The notes under the pieces: model-generated | What the model saw: only the letters and a program-made list of their open reading frames with translations | Databases searched by the model: none | Told to the model about the DNA's origin: nothing | Shown here: positions 49,662 to 59,989 of the stretch, one piece after another | Position numbering within the stretch: position 1 is the first letter of the stretch | How the letters are laid out: each line of letters opens with the position of its first letter | NCBI GenBank assembly: GCA_964019335.1 | Contig: OZ025669.1 | Location: 620,001-684,000 of the forward strand | DNA from: Diplonema japonicum | Lineage: Eukaryota > Protista > Euglenozoa: Diplonemea | DNA length: 64,000 bases | Direction: 5' to 3' | Program-made: the position numbers and the translations under genes

Positions 49662-51401
49662 TTAAACGTCAATGAGTTCAGGGGATGGTGGTGACCGGGA
49701 CAGGGGCAGGGGAAGCGACTCGGGTGGTGACAACGGCAGCGACTCGGGGGTGTGGAAAGAAATGTCATCAAAGTCCTGTTCACAGTCGGCTAAGAAGGAC
49801 AATGAGAGCTGGGGGGGGTTAATAGCAGTCTTGAAGGCCTTGTGCCACATGGTTAGATCGGCAAGATTGCTTGCAGAAAAGGTGAAGGGTGTGGGTAGCT
49901 TTGGGCCTGTGATGAACAAGCGCAGCAAGTTTGTATCGACTGAGACCTGTGCACATTCAAGAGAGACGCTCGTTGGTGACGTGTCGTAATCCCTTGATGA
50001 GTACATCTCTAAGCGAGATGGGAGTAATTTTACCCATCTTTTCTTGCCTACTACTGTAGGGCGAGAATTGATGAAGCGCAGCTTCCGTGCAGTTGTATCT
50101 TGGCCTACTTTGAAGAATAGCGATCCAGCAGCAATGACCCCTTTCTTTCTGCACAGCTCTCTCAATGTCATGGCTTGACGCGACCTACCTTCAGACAGCT
50201 GCATCATTTCTTCGCACAAACATTTTACAGCTTCCATCTGTTGCAGCCTGTACATTCCTATTGCTTCCCAATGAACACATTTTAGTTTCACCTCTCGTGA
50301 ACTACTTGCTTTTTTAATGCGACCCAATTGGCTCACTCCCTTTTTAACCTCATTCCTCTCTGTATGATGAATCAGCTCTACCGCAACAGAAAACCCGTCA
50401 GGCTCCTTTTCATTTCGCACACGGTCATAACCACTCATGCTGTGGAGGTACTCTTCAAGGGTTTGCACGTCCCCAGCTGGGACAACTACTTTCTTTATAA
50501 CCTCTTGTACTCTTTCTTGGGGCTCTGGGTAAGCCATCTCAGCTTTTTGCGTCACAACAGGTACCGGTGGCTTGTTGACAGGTGCTCGCTTTTTGTATCT
50601 GTCTGCAGTGTCGACGCCGTCCCAGTCACGCATGACATCGCGGTGCCACAGCTCAAGACTCCAAAGTGTCTCGCCTGATGTAGTCCTAGCGAGCAGCGGG
50701 AACGGTTGCCCGTTCAAATACTTGGAGAAGTGTAAGGTGGTTATTCCAATGATGCCAGTGAAGTTGGAAAGCACCAGCTTATCACCATTTATGTCGAACG
50801 TATACTCCTGGTCAGGTTCGTAGTACATTTCAGTCAAATGGTGCTGCACGTGGTGCTTTCGTTCTTTTTTTGTCGTCCAAGACGGGTTCAAGCTCTCGGG
50901 GGTGATTGTTCTCGTGATGTCAAGTGCCTTAGAGGGCGTGATAGCAGGATTGCGATGGATGCCATCAGCAGCAACGCACAGTGTATTTAAAAAATGCGGG
51001 CTCTTGCCATGAAGGTCTAAACCGAATCCGGGGTAAAGTGTTTGGAAGACTTTGAGCAATGCTCCTGTACCCCATGGAAGGTGCACAAGTGGCTTTTCCC
51101 ATTCCCACCCAGTTACGACCTCATCAAAGCGCAGTCTCCGCTTCACTCTTCCTTGCACAGTGATTACGGTGCATCGCTTCTTCGGTGCAAATCGCTCACC
51201 AGGTGCCCAAGGGTCGGTTTCACCTTTGACACCTTTCAAGCACACCATTACCCTCCCCCGGAAAACATCGGTCTCGAACTCTACAGCTCGTTTACTATTT
51301 ATCGTAATTTCTTCGTCACTGAGCACCCGGCAACCGCTTCCGGGTTTGAACCGGAGAAACAGCGGTTTTTGCTTCCATGTGTCGACAGCTCGTAATGACA
51401 T
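49662..51401 (-). CDS. DUF1769-like domain plus C-terminal PH domain protein
   Basis: FETDVFRGRVMV..F..KKR..ITVQGR.K..LPWG..YTFD..YLNGQP (DUF1769-like); KKRWVKL....LEMY..FTFSA......MWHKAF (PH). Confidence 0.7.
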   Translation of the reverse strand: MSLRAVDTWKQKPLFLRFKPGSGCRVLSDEEITINSKRAVEFETDVFRGRVMVCLKGVKGETDPWAPGERFAPKKRCTVITVQGRVKRRLRFDEVVTGWEWEKPLVHLPWGTGALLKVFQTLYPGFGLDLHGKSPHFLNTLCVAADGIHRNPAITPSKALDITRTITPESLNPSWTTKKERKHHVQHHLTEMYYEPDQEYTFDINGDKLVLSNFTGIIGITTLHFSKYLNGQPFPLLARTTSGETLWSLELWHRDVMRDWDGVDTADRYKKRAPVNKPPVPVVTQKAEMAYPEPQERVQEVIKKVVVPAGDVQTLEEYLHSMSGYDRVRNEKEPDGFSVAVELIHHTERNEVKKGVSQLGRIKKASSSREVKLKCVHWEAIGMYRLQQMEAVKCLCEEMMQLSEGRSRQAMTLRELCRKKGVIAAGSLFFKVGQDTTARKLRFINSRPTVVGKKRWVKLLPSRLEMYSSRDYDTSPTSVSLECAQVSVDTNLLRLFITGPKLPTPFTFSASNLADLTMWHKAFKTAINPPQLSLSFLADCEQDFDDISFHTPESLPLSPPESLPLPLSRSPPSPELIDV

Positions 51402-51495
51402 TAGTTCATGGCTTCCTATGTGAATACTGTGCAAACATTGCTATGAAACAGTTACTTACGTGTAAACACTAATTGGAGCTGGCGGGGTCAAGTGG

Positions 51496-52569
51496 CTAGA
51501 TATGAATGCGCCTTAAAATACTCCTGGATACTGTCCTGCAAAATTTTATGGAGTCAGTGCCTATGCGCAGCATGTTCTTAACAGCAGAGTAGAAGGACTT
51601 GGCATCCAGGACAATGTGTTTTGCGATCACCACGAGTTTGAAAGAAAGCACCATCACAGTAACATGTTTAAGGCAGTATATCACTACAGCAATACAGAGT
51701 GCCCACAGCACCATTGTACCGCCTAAGACAAGAGCAAACATGACAAATGGAATACACAAAAGGATATACGGATGTGTCATAAGCAGGTCTGCGTAGTCAA
51801 CACGCATCAAGTATTTGTACCACCTATGTGCAAAACGCAATGCCTTTTTGGTAGGTTTTGCCAAGTAGTCATTGTCACTCAGGACTCTAACAGCACGCTT
51901 CTTGTGCTTTGTGATTTTATCAGAGATCAAGGTGTACCTCCAGTCGAATTCCTTCCACCGTCTTGCAACAATTGCCTGGTCTTCGTGAGTGAGGTTCCCG
52001 ACAGCCTCCGACATGGCTACTTGCAGCTCTTCGAATGGAAGATTTTTCTGCAAGAGTTGTGCCACGTCATCCTGAAAGAACTCATCACCAACCCCCGGGT
52101 CGTGCATGCCAAGTAGGTCTAAGAAGATGAACGCAGTCACAGCGATCAGTGTGATCTCGAGCATAAAGTGCAGCGACCTCCACCCCTGGTTCAGCGAGCG
52201 GTGGTAAAAGGGCAGCATCATCGATGAGGACATTGCACCCCACAGCACACTGCTCCCACAGCGTGCGCGCTTCTTGTGTCTCTCAACAGCAGAAGACAGG
52301 ACTTGAACATCAATCAGCGAAGGGAGCCACAGCTTGACGAGCAGTGGGCTCTTCTGCTCGTCAGGGATGCAGTCGATCACTGCAAGTGTCGGACCGAACA
52401 TCTTGGCCTGCACGTTGACCGCCTCTATGGTCTTCCATTTCACTACATACAGCACCGTCCCCGAGCATGTGATCGTGAATTCGTCATCAGCCCAATCCAC
52501 AGTACACGCGCTTTTGGCTTTGTCCTTCGACTCAACGAAGAAGATCTTCTCGACTTTGGTAGTGCTCAT
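51496..52569 (-). CDS. Hypothetical membrane protein (357 aa)
   Basis: Long ORF with several hydrophobic helices and a beta-rich, possibly PH-like N-terminus. Confidence 0.75.
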   Translation of the reverse strand: MSTTKVEKIFFVESKDKAKSACTVDWADDEFTITCSGTVLYVVKWKTIEAVNVQAKMFGPTLAVIDCIPDEQKSPLLVKLWLPSLIDVQVLSSAVERHKKRARCGSSVLWGAMSSSMMLPFYHRSLNQGWRSLHFMLEITLIAVTAFIFLDLLGMHDPGVGDEFFQDDVAQLLQKNLPFEELQVAMSEAVGNLTHEDQAIVARRWKEFDWRYTLISDKITKHKKRAVRVLSDNDYLAKPTKKALRFAHRWYKYLMRVDYADLLMTHPYILLCIPFVMFALVLGGTMVLWALCIAVVIYCLKHVTVMVLSFKLVVIAKHIVLDAKSFYSAVKNMLRIGTDSIKFCRTVSRSILRRIHI

Positions 52570-52862
52570 GTTGTACCTTGTGGTTGTGACATCTACTTCA
52601 ACGAATATCTAAACACTTGCAACGCTTTGGTGAAGCCAGTTGAAGGCTTAAAGGTTGGGTAAAGCCACACAAAATAATCAAGATAGGAAACAAAATAGTT
52701 TATACGTGGTGTTTTCGTGTTCTTACACGAAATAAAAGAGAGAGAAGGGGCGAAAAGGTGAAAGTACAGTGGTGTTAACTAATGTTTGGTGACATTTTGT
52801 AGGTCTGTGTGCTAAGATCCTACCACCTGAAACAACGAAAAGACAGAAGAAAAGCTTCTGTT

Positions 52863-55169
52863 TTATTTTGAGTTAAGGAGCACACTTATGTAGTATGGCA
52901 ACAAGTAGGCCGAGGGATCATGCTCGCTCATTCCTTGCCCTGCTGTATCAAGCTGATACACGTTTCCATTCCATCTTTGGGTCATGGCTCGTTCATCTTG
53001 TCGCAGAAGGTCAACAGAGTAGCTGTTGGAATCACGTGCCGCTTGTGCATTGATGACGATGTCTCTTCTTTGCGAATTAGCGACCGTCCAGTCCACCCAT
53101 TCCAGTGACCATTGCACAAGTTGTTCCTCGGCAGACGCCAATAGTCCAGGATCCACACCGCCCTGCCACAATTGCACCATGTAGGTCCATATACAAGACT
53201 TGTGAGCAGCCACCAACCTCCAAGACCGACCGAGTGCCTTATCGTAATACACTGCATATTTCTGAGGAATGCTCGCCCTTACATAGAAAAAGGCACCCAT
53301 TGCATAGAAGCCCAGCTCATCGTCTGAGTAGTCCTGATCTTCGGGGTACTCGATTCTCCAATTGACAAGATTGCCGAGATACCCGTTTGACACACCCAGG
53401 TAGTCGATGGCAGTCAGGTATGACTCGTTCTTTGTGTAATGGTAGGCAACTGACAACATGGAAATAATTTCCAACGAGTTCAAGCACCTCTCTGAGTAGT
53501 GCACGGGGTTGTCATTCAGTTGTGAAGGGTTCCAGAACCCCCATGTAGTGGGCTTACCAGTCACGTCGATGAGGTACCAATTGTTAGCCATAATGTAGTC
53601 GACAGTCCCGAGGAGCATGTTCATGACACGTGCTCTTTCGTCAGCTGTCTCGCACACGTAGTCGTGGAAAAGGGGCAGAGCGTAGTAGTAGCCTATTACT
53701 TCATCAGAGGAGGTATCGCCTTTCCATGTCCAGTTCGTGTACCCGGGGGTTGTGCTGTTATGCCATGTACCCGAGCCTGTTGGGGTCCCTCTCGGAACAA
53801 CGCTCCGAGCCATAAGCCCCCATCTCTCTGGAGGAGTAACCTTGTACAAGCGTTCTAGTGCCACAAATGATCTCCACGCTGCTTGCTTTGCCGCGGGATC
53901 AGCAGATATTTTATATCTGTAGCATTGGGAGGCTAGGTAGGTATTCGTCCACAAGCCGTCGTTGTCGGAAGGCCTGTACTCAAATGAGGACAGGTCTCCA
54001 CTTCTTGCCAGGCCCACATCGTCTACCATCCCAAATCTGTTATGCCTTTGCAGCACGATGTCCTCATAGACGCTTGCCTTTGCGGCAAGTGTGTAGTTAG
54101 AATGCCAAAAAATTCTAGCCAGACCATAAGTAGTAGCAATAACCATCTCCCCAGACTCCAGTGTAAGCATCGCTGTCACAGGACCATATGGCAGCCACCT
54201 CTGATTATTCAGATACCTCCATGGCGTTCGCTCTGACGCTACCTGCCCTAGACCATCCCAGGGCTGATGGCTGGACTCCAGAGAAGGGATGATTGTTTGA
54301 AGATTTCCTTCATATGTTGCAACGCCAAGAGTGCCACCAAACCACACTCTTCCTTGTTTCGAAATGGCTGATGTTGTAAAGTTCGCGACAGGGAGCCCCT
54401 CCAAAAAACCAACTCTCCAGATGCTGTAAGCGTCACTTGAATCGAATTCTATAACATTCAGCCCTGTCGCGCTCCCAATCCACAAAGTGCGGTCTGTTTG
54501 TCTCCATCCCATTGTCGTCGTGTTGTCAACGTAGCTAGCGCAGTAGTCGTACTTCCAGATGTCCTCTTTCGTGAAGTATAGATAAAGCTTTGAAGGAGTG
54601 CCTACAGCTGCAATGCCCGATATAGTGGCAATTGAAAGTATTGGATCGGTAATGTTGTGAATGCTGTCTAATTTTGCTCCTTCGTCAGGTAGAAAAAAAG
54701 CACCCTTACCGGTGCCAATCAAGAGTCCAGTTTTACCCTTGTATACACCTTCCTCCATTGCTGTAACAGGTGGAACGGTTACAGCAGCTACTTCTTTTGT
54801 ACATTTGGAGGGGCTCGTTGTGCAAGTGTAACGAGTTAATGACGAGCCAGACACTGCGGTCAACACATTCCGCTGCGTGTCAAACAGCACTCGCGAAACC
54901 GTAGCAAACGGGGGCAACCCTTGTACAGGGACGAGCTGAGTCTTGTTTCGGATCTCAAATAAGAGAACCTCACCAACTTTGTTTGTTCCCAGTGTCCACA
55001 CGACCCCTTGTGTCGGTTCAAGTAACTGTTTCACGCCCATCAGGTCTAACACATCCCAACCATAAACATAAGGGAGAGGCACCTTATGTACAAGGTTATA
55101 TCTATCAGAGTACCATTGATCAAAATTTTGACTTGTAGAGAGAGCACACACGAGTAGAACAGCGAGCAT
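52863..55169 (-). CDS. Secreted protein: beta-propeller plus probable (alpha/alpha) barrel, resembling an uncharacterised bacterial family
   Basis: Signal peptide; propeller repeats (LWIGSATGL, GRVWFGGTLGV, MVIATTYGL); motifs SDNDGLWT..YL, WKGDTSSDE, LIDVTGKPTTWG.WNP, YLLPYY. Confidence 0.75.
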   Translation of the reverse strand: MLAVLLVCALSTSQNFDQWYSDRYNLVHKVPLPYVYGWDVLDLMGVKQLLEPTQGVVWTLGTNKVGEVLLFEIRNKTQLVPVQGLPPFATVSRVLFDTQRNVLTAVSGSSLTRYTCTTSPSKCTKEVAAVTVPPVTAMEEGVYKGKTGLLIGTGKGAFFLPDEGAKLDSIHNITDPILSIATISGIAAVGTPSKLYLYFTKEDIWKYDYCASYVDNTTTMGWRQTDRTLWIGSATGLNVIEFDSSDAYSIWRVGFLEGLPVANFTTSAISKQGRVWFGGTLGVATYEGNLQTIIPSLESSHQPWDGLGQVASERTPWRYLNNQRWLPYGPVTAMLTLESGEMVIATTYGLARIFWHSNYTLAAKASVYEDIVLQRHNRFGMVDDVGLARSGDLSSFEYRPSDNDGLWTNTYLASQCYRYKISADPAAKQAAWRSFVALERLYKVTPPERWGLMARSVVPRGTPTGSGTWHNSTTPGYTNWTWKGDTSSDEVIGYYYALPLFHDYVCETADERARVMNMLLGTVDYIMANNWYLIDVTGKPTTWGFWNPSQLNDNPVHYSERCLNSLEIISMLSVAYHYTKNESYLTAIDYLGVSNGYLGNLVNWRIEYPEDQDYSDDELGFYAMGAFFYVRASIPQKYAVYYDKALGRSWRLVAAHKSCIWTYMVQLWQGGVDPGLLASAEEQLVQWSLEWVDWTVANSQRRDIVINAQAARDSNSYSVDLLRQDERAMTQRWNGNVYQLDTAGQGMSEHDPSAYLLPYYISVLLNSK

Positions 55170-55248
55170 TTTTTTCTAGACCTGGGGGCGTTTTTTGTTC
55201 CTTTTTTTCTTACAATATAACGTGGTGACACTGAAGAATATTAATGTG

Positions 55249-56337
55249 CTAAGACCATGCTTCAACACGCACAAAGTCAAGCTCAAGAGCTTCTTTTGCC
55301 GTTAGACGTTTCACGGGATTGGGATTAAGGAGGGCTTCAATGAGTTCGAGAAACTCGTTTCTTTGGGAAATTCGATCAAAGAGCGGAGAACATTGTTCTG
55401 ACAGCGAACGCAGACCAGAAAGACGAGACCTTTCTGCACTAGAAGAAGTGTGGTCGGGCCAGCGCACACGGCCTTTGGAGTCGAACATAGAGAGTGTACG
55501 TGTGAGGGAAAACGGCAGCGTGCCTGTCAGCCTTTCGATCATGGCCACATGTTCAATGTTCTTGTCGGTGTCGAAAACGAAGTTTCCGGTAAGAAGCTCA
55601 ACGAACAAGCAGCCAATGGACCAGATGTCAGCAGGCATAGACCATTCACCCTCCGTGACCATCACCTCGGGGGCACGATAGTTCCTCGTTTGTATTGTGG
55701 GACCTTTTGGTTCGTTGTCGTACTGCGCAGATCCATAGTCAATCAGAACTATTTCATAACTCAAAGGCGATACGAAACCGTTGGAGTACTTCATCATGCG
55801 TGGGTCCTTCAGCAAGATGTTTTCAGGCTTGATGTCTGTGTGGATTATCCGTAGGGAGTGCAAGAAAGACATCGCTTTCAGGACGTAGTAAGCAATACCG
55901 CGTATAGCCTCAGACGTGTAGGGGGTGTGGTCATTTCCCGACAGCAGTGCATATAGTGAAGGGCCGTAGTGAGGGAAGACCATGCAGTAGTGCCCGTTTT
56001 CACTGAACTGATCGAGTAATGGTGGGAAAGCTTGGTAGTTCCTTGTGTTTGCTCGTTGTATATTTTTTATCATCTTTGCTTCTATCCGTGCGCTTTCGCA
56101 GTACCTTCTGATGCTGTGCACCACTTTCACTGCTACATCTTGCTGGTCTTTTCTATCGTCACAAAGAAGGACCTTTGCAAACGTCCCCTGACCCAGAAGC
56201 CGTACTACTTCATATCTTCTGTCAACAAGGACACCACGTCGCCATTGGAAGTGGCTATCTTTCGCCTCATTCGTTTTTCTTCGTGAGCTCCTAAAGCTAT
56301 CATTGCTCCTATCAAGGCTTCTGCCTCTCTTGCCCAT
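55249..56337 (-). CDS. LAMMER/CLK-family dual-specificity protein kinase
   Basis: LGQGTFAKV, AVKVV, IIHTDIKPENILL, IDYGSA, TRNYRAPEV, EHVAMIERLTG (EHLAMMERILG signature); RS-rich N-terminus. Confidence 0.92.
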   Translation of the reverse strand: MGKRGRSLDRSNDSFRSSRRKTNEAKDSHFQWRRGVLVDRRYEVVRLLGQGTFAKVLLCDDRKDQQDVAVKVVHSIRRYCESARIEAKMIKNIQRANTRNYQAFPPLLDQFSENGHYCMVFPHYGPSLYALLSGNDHTPYTSEAIRGIAYYVLKAMSFLHSLRIIHTDIKPENILLKDPRMMKYSNGFVSPLSYEIVLIDYGSAQYDNEPKGPTIQTRNYRAPEVMVTEGEWSMPADIWSIGCLFVELLTGNFVFDTDKNIEHVAMIERLTGTLPFSLTRTLSMFDSKGRVRWPDHTSSSAERSRLSGLRSLSEQCSPLFDRISQRNEFLELIEALLNPNPVKRLTAKEALELDFVRVEAWS

Positions 56338-56970
56338 TCTAACACCTGTGATGAATTTTGTGTCGGAAGATATTTTAGAACGAATAACGACCTGAGTAGA
56401 GAGGAAATATAAATGTGAGGAATGGAACAATAAACAAAAAGATGTGTGGTTTACAAGGACAGTACAATGGAAAAGAGTCTCAACAATCCGTCATGGGGAA
56501 GTTGACGCGCATACATGCCAAGGAGCATGTACACAAGCTTCCTGTTGCGACGACTACTGCTGACTCCTTTGCCACTGGCAGTCCATACATGCCACACACC
56601 CTAAAGAGAGTAGGTCGTTCACACGTGACGGCAACAAAAAAATAATGCTAGTTTAGATAAAAAAGCAAGGTGGTGTTCTTTTTGAACCTACCTTGCCAGC
56701 TACTTGTCCCTTGCACACCGCTTGGTTTGGAATAAAGGGAGCAGTCCCTTTATACCTTCCCAACCAGGACGAATGCACAGGAGGCGGCAGCTGTAAAGAA
56801 GTGTATGTCGCCAGGAATATTGGGAGGTCGGGCTGTACAACTGCAGATTAGACGAGGAGGTAGAAGAAGGTATGGAACAGGTGCATAGCTCCCATGTAAC
56901 TCATGAATTGTGTCATTCACGCAATGAGAAGATCAGCACCTGTTGCACAACCAGTTTCATGCCTCCCACT

Positions 56971-57363
56971 TCAGCAACCGTCTACAGCATTGCAAGCTCT
57001 GATGCCTGCCAAGTGGATATTGAATTCACGAGTATTGCTTGGTAAGTCTTGCTTTTTGTACAGTGCATCCAAGGCTTCATAATGAACCTCTGGAGTGCAT
57101 GTGACTTTTGCAGTTTCCCCAAGGGTCATGGATCTCACTGAAGTATCTAAGCACTTGTCAATACCACCCATGCCAACAGGGAAAAACCCAGAGCCTGCAA
57201 CAGGTGTACCTTCCTTGTCAACACCTTCATAAACAATCCTTGCCCTCTGCCCATTGAGAGGAAAGGTGTGTCCATCACCTTCCTTCAAGGTCTGTACCTT
57301 AACACCAGGTGCTGCAACCCTTGAGGGAGCAATCTCCTTGGCATGTACCTGTGTGTTTCCCAT
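56971..57363 (-). CDS. Divergent FKBP-type peptidyl-prolyl isomerase-like protein
   Basis: GVKVQTLKEGDGHTFP..GQ....YEG, F.VG.G.I....D.....MTLGETAKVTCTPE..Y; MGN N-terminus could be myristoylated. Confidence 0.8.
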   Translation of the reverse strand: MGNTQVHAKEIAPSRVAAPGVKVQTLKEGDGHTFPLNGQRARIVYEGVDKEGTPVAGSGFFPVGMGGIDKCLDTSVRSMTLGETAKVTCTPEVHYEALDALYKKQDLPSNTREFNIHLAGIRACNAVDGC

Positions 57364-57583
57364 TTCAAGTTGTGTATTATTAAACCTGAGTGATGCCAAG
57401 GATAGAGTAAGATCAAAAGATAATCACAGAAATAGAAAAAATGAAGTTGTTAGCAATCAAATAGGAGTGGCATGGTTTTTTTTTTTTTTTCTTTTTTTTT
57501 CAATTTGTTGGTGGCCTTTCTTTTTCCTTCCTCCCAGAAGGGGGAGAAAAAGAAAGGAGAGGGCTTGGCTGGCCAAAAAAAAA

Positions 57584-58093
57584 AAAGATGTCTTTGAGGG
57601 AACCTGCAGTATGTGACAGGATCGCCTAACGTCAATCAACTCATCTAGTGTTTAATCCCTTCTGTCGTGGTAGTGCCTTAGGCCCGTCATAGTATCTTTT
57701 CAGCAGCTTGGGCATGAAACCAACTAGCGAGTTGTTGAGGATGCAATGAGTTCATAACTGTTCCTCTAGGATAGGGTGGGTGACCTTCAGGGATGCGAAG
57801 ACTGGTCGAATGGAGTACCCAGTGATGGGATGGCTGTGGAGTCCTAGGGTATGCAAAGAGTGTACTGATTTCTTTGGTTCTGCTGGAATCAGGTGACTCC
57901 CCGTGCCTTTTTGGTGAATCCTGTCCAAAACTCTTAGGATTCCGCCGATTTTTCTTGCCCAGCTCGCTAGGTCTTCACCCTCCATGTGGATCCTTTCTGT
58001 TGCAATTAGGTCGACTGCAAGTTACACCTTGGACACCTGCCCACCATCCTTGCCCCACTTGAGGGCTTTCAGCCATTTGAGGATAAACGGGAT
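57584..58093 (-). repeat. 510-bp repeat, copy A (inverted relative to 61766-62274); probable decayed 3' fragment of a retroelement
   Basis: Reverse complement aligns to copy B at about 95% by eye; interrupted frame ILKWLKALKW..VSKV*LAVDL. Confidence 0.85.
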
Positions 58094-58137
58094 TAGACCT
58101 GGGAAGTACTTCTTCACCAGCCTCGGTGAATCCAGTC

Positions 58138-58250
58138 CAGTGTTGGTCAGTCCCGTCCCGTCCCCTAAAACGGAATACGGGCCTGGACGGGACTCACAGG
58201 ACTCCACGGGACGGGACTCGACGGGACTCACGGGACTCTCCCCAACACTG
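58138..58250. mobile_element. 113-bp hAT-type MITE
   Basis: Terminal inverted repeat CAGTGTTGG...CCAACACTG with internal GTCCC/GGGAC subterminal repeats; no 8-bp TSD visible. Confidence 0.65.
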
Positions 58251-58765
58251 TCATTATTTTTGATAGTTTTGCAACTTTTTTTTTTTTTTTTTTTTTTCCC
58301 TTTGGAAAAAAAAAAAAAAAAAATGGGGGAAAAAAAAAGAGAAAAAAATCCTTGATTTTTTTTGACATACATGATGTGTTTACCTTTTTTTTTTCCCCCT
58401 TCTTTTTTTCTTGTCTTCTCACATTTTTTCACACACCTAAGCCAAGCTGTTGTTTCTGCTTTCCACATCAAATGTTGTATTTGGATGCAATAGAAAAGGG
58501 GAAATAATAAATAATATGTACAAGAGGAGGGTGTGTATGTTTATACAACCTGTGTAAACAGATTGGTTCCTTGCTTTCAGCGCCGTGCCCCTAATGTGTG
58601 CAATGTACAGCTCAACCCCTGCATCGCACTGCCTGTTTGTTGCACATATTTTCATGCCCCCCACTTGAAAATAATATATAGGAGATAAATATATGAGTTA
58701 AAGGAGGCCGGTGTTGGCAGCACCCTGCACAAGAACTGTCTACTTGATTACAGGGGGCGCACCGC

Positions 58766-59063
58766 AGCCGAGTTGTAGCTTCTTCTGCGTTCTGCATCGT
58801 TTCCTTAATCACCGTGGCCGGGATGTAGCTTCTTCTGCATTCCACATCATGCCCTTAATCACTGCAGTCAGGTTGTAACTTCTTGCATTCCGTGTCATTT
58901 CCTTAACCACCACGGCCGGGTTGTAGCTTCTTCTGCGTTCTGCATCGTGTCCTTAATCACCACGACCGAGTTGTAGCTTTTTGTGTTCCGTGTCATTTCC
59001 TTAATCACGATGGCCGGACGGCTGGGTTGTAGCTTCTTCTGCGTTCTGTGTCGTGTCCTTAAT
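58766..59063. repeat. Minisatellite of about 6 x 48-50 bp within a dispersed element
   Basis: Unit approx. GGCCGGGTTGTAGCTTCTTCTGCGTTCCGCGTCGTTTCCTTAATCACCAC; further copies at ~61460-61567, ~63540-63585 (inverted) and ~63645-63700. Confidence 0.9.
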
Positions 59064-59229
59064 GTGTGTGGTGTTCAGCTCAACACCAGCCAGGGCACCC
59101 CAGGTAACCAAGATTCTGCGCTTGTGTTGTTTGCTCAGTGATGACAGATGAGGAGGTCAACAGCAAACAACACATCTGATGTTTTTCTTATATTTTCATG
59201 TTATCCCCACCACCTGAAAAAGAAGATAA

Positions 59230-59264
<35 letters not shown>

Positions 59265-59488
59265 AACAGTCAGCACCCCCATGCACACTGAAATTTTATT
59301 GTTTTTTTTTTTCTTTTTTTTTTTTTCTATATTGTTCACCAGGAGGTGCACATGTGACACCTGCTTTTCCCTGTGCAGCATAGTGGTACATGTTATAAAA
59401 CACGTGCTGTGTTGTGCACCCTGTGTTGCATACATCATGTGTGTCGAAAATTTGCAGTGTTGGGGTGGTTTGTGGGCCAGACCTCAGA

Positions 59489-59525
59489 CCACCAGTCTGG
59501 CCAACATTGCCCATCCAACCCTTTT

Positions 59526-59562
<37 letters not shown>

Positions 59563-59636
59563 ATTGTACTTTTCTTGCAAAGGCCTCTTTTTAATATTTT
59601 TTTCAAAGCAGGTCTCCAAACCCCTTGACATTTTTT

Positions 59637-59671
<35 letters not shown>
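59489..59671 (+). repeat. Dispersed direct repeat, also at 62395-62535
   Basis: Shared CCACCAGTCTGG..GTACTTTTCTTGCAAAGGCCTCTTTTTAATA..CAAAGCAGGTCTCCAAACCCC; copies differ mainly in poly-T length. Confidence 0.85.
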
Positions 59672-59672
<1 letters not shown>

Positions 59673-59825
59673 TAGTCACAACAAGGTAGTATGAGCCTTG
59701 CCTCACATCCCACCCAAACCTAGGACCTCTTTTTTTGAACCTTTGAAACCAAAAGTACCAAAAAAATGCAAGCCCCAGCCTAAATTTGGGCCTTTGTGAC
59801 ACAAAAAACACAAAGAAATTTTTTG

Positions 59826-59968
59826 GTCCCAAGAGTCCCCTGAGTCCCCTCCAGACCCCTGAGTCCCCTGAGTCCCCTGAGTCCCCTCCAGACCCCTGAA
59901 AATTTCAGGGGACTCCTGTCCTGTCCCTTGGAGTCCCCTGAGTCCCTCAAGGGTCTGGACCAACACTG
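59826..59968. mobile_element. hAT-type element end (GAGTCCCC subterminal repeats ending CCAACACTG); inverted copy at 63944-64000
   Basis: 59914-59971 is the reverse complement of 63944-64000 with about one mismatch; same terminus as the 58138 MITE. Confidence 0.7.
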
Positions 59969-59989
59969 TCCTGTCTGTGAGTTCATAGT

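Noticed and set aside
56440-56960. Possible small spliced gene between the LAMMER kinase and FKBP (GTAGGT..TTTAG candidate intron)
   Set aside because: No convincing start codon or recognisable protein; it may be UTR.
52-57000. Numerous plus-strand ORFs (e.g. 26048-26923, 43044-43955, 37351-37974)
   Set aside because: They are antisense shadows of long minus-strand genes, Ser-rich and without recognisable motifs.
1-57363. Alternative genetic code or stop-codon reassignment
   Set aside because: TAA, TAG and TGA all terminate conserved proteins at expected positions, and long ORFs are open in the standard code.
58766-59063. CRISPR-like appearance of the 50-bp array
   Set aside because: Units are contiguous degenerate tandem copies with no unique spacers, there are no cas genes, and the context is eukaryotic.
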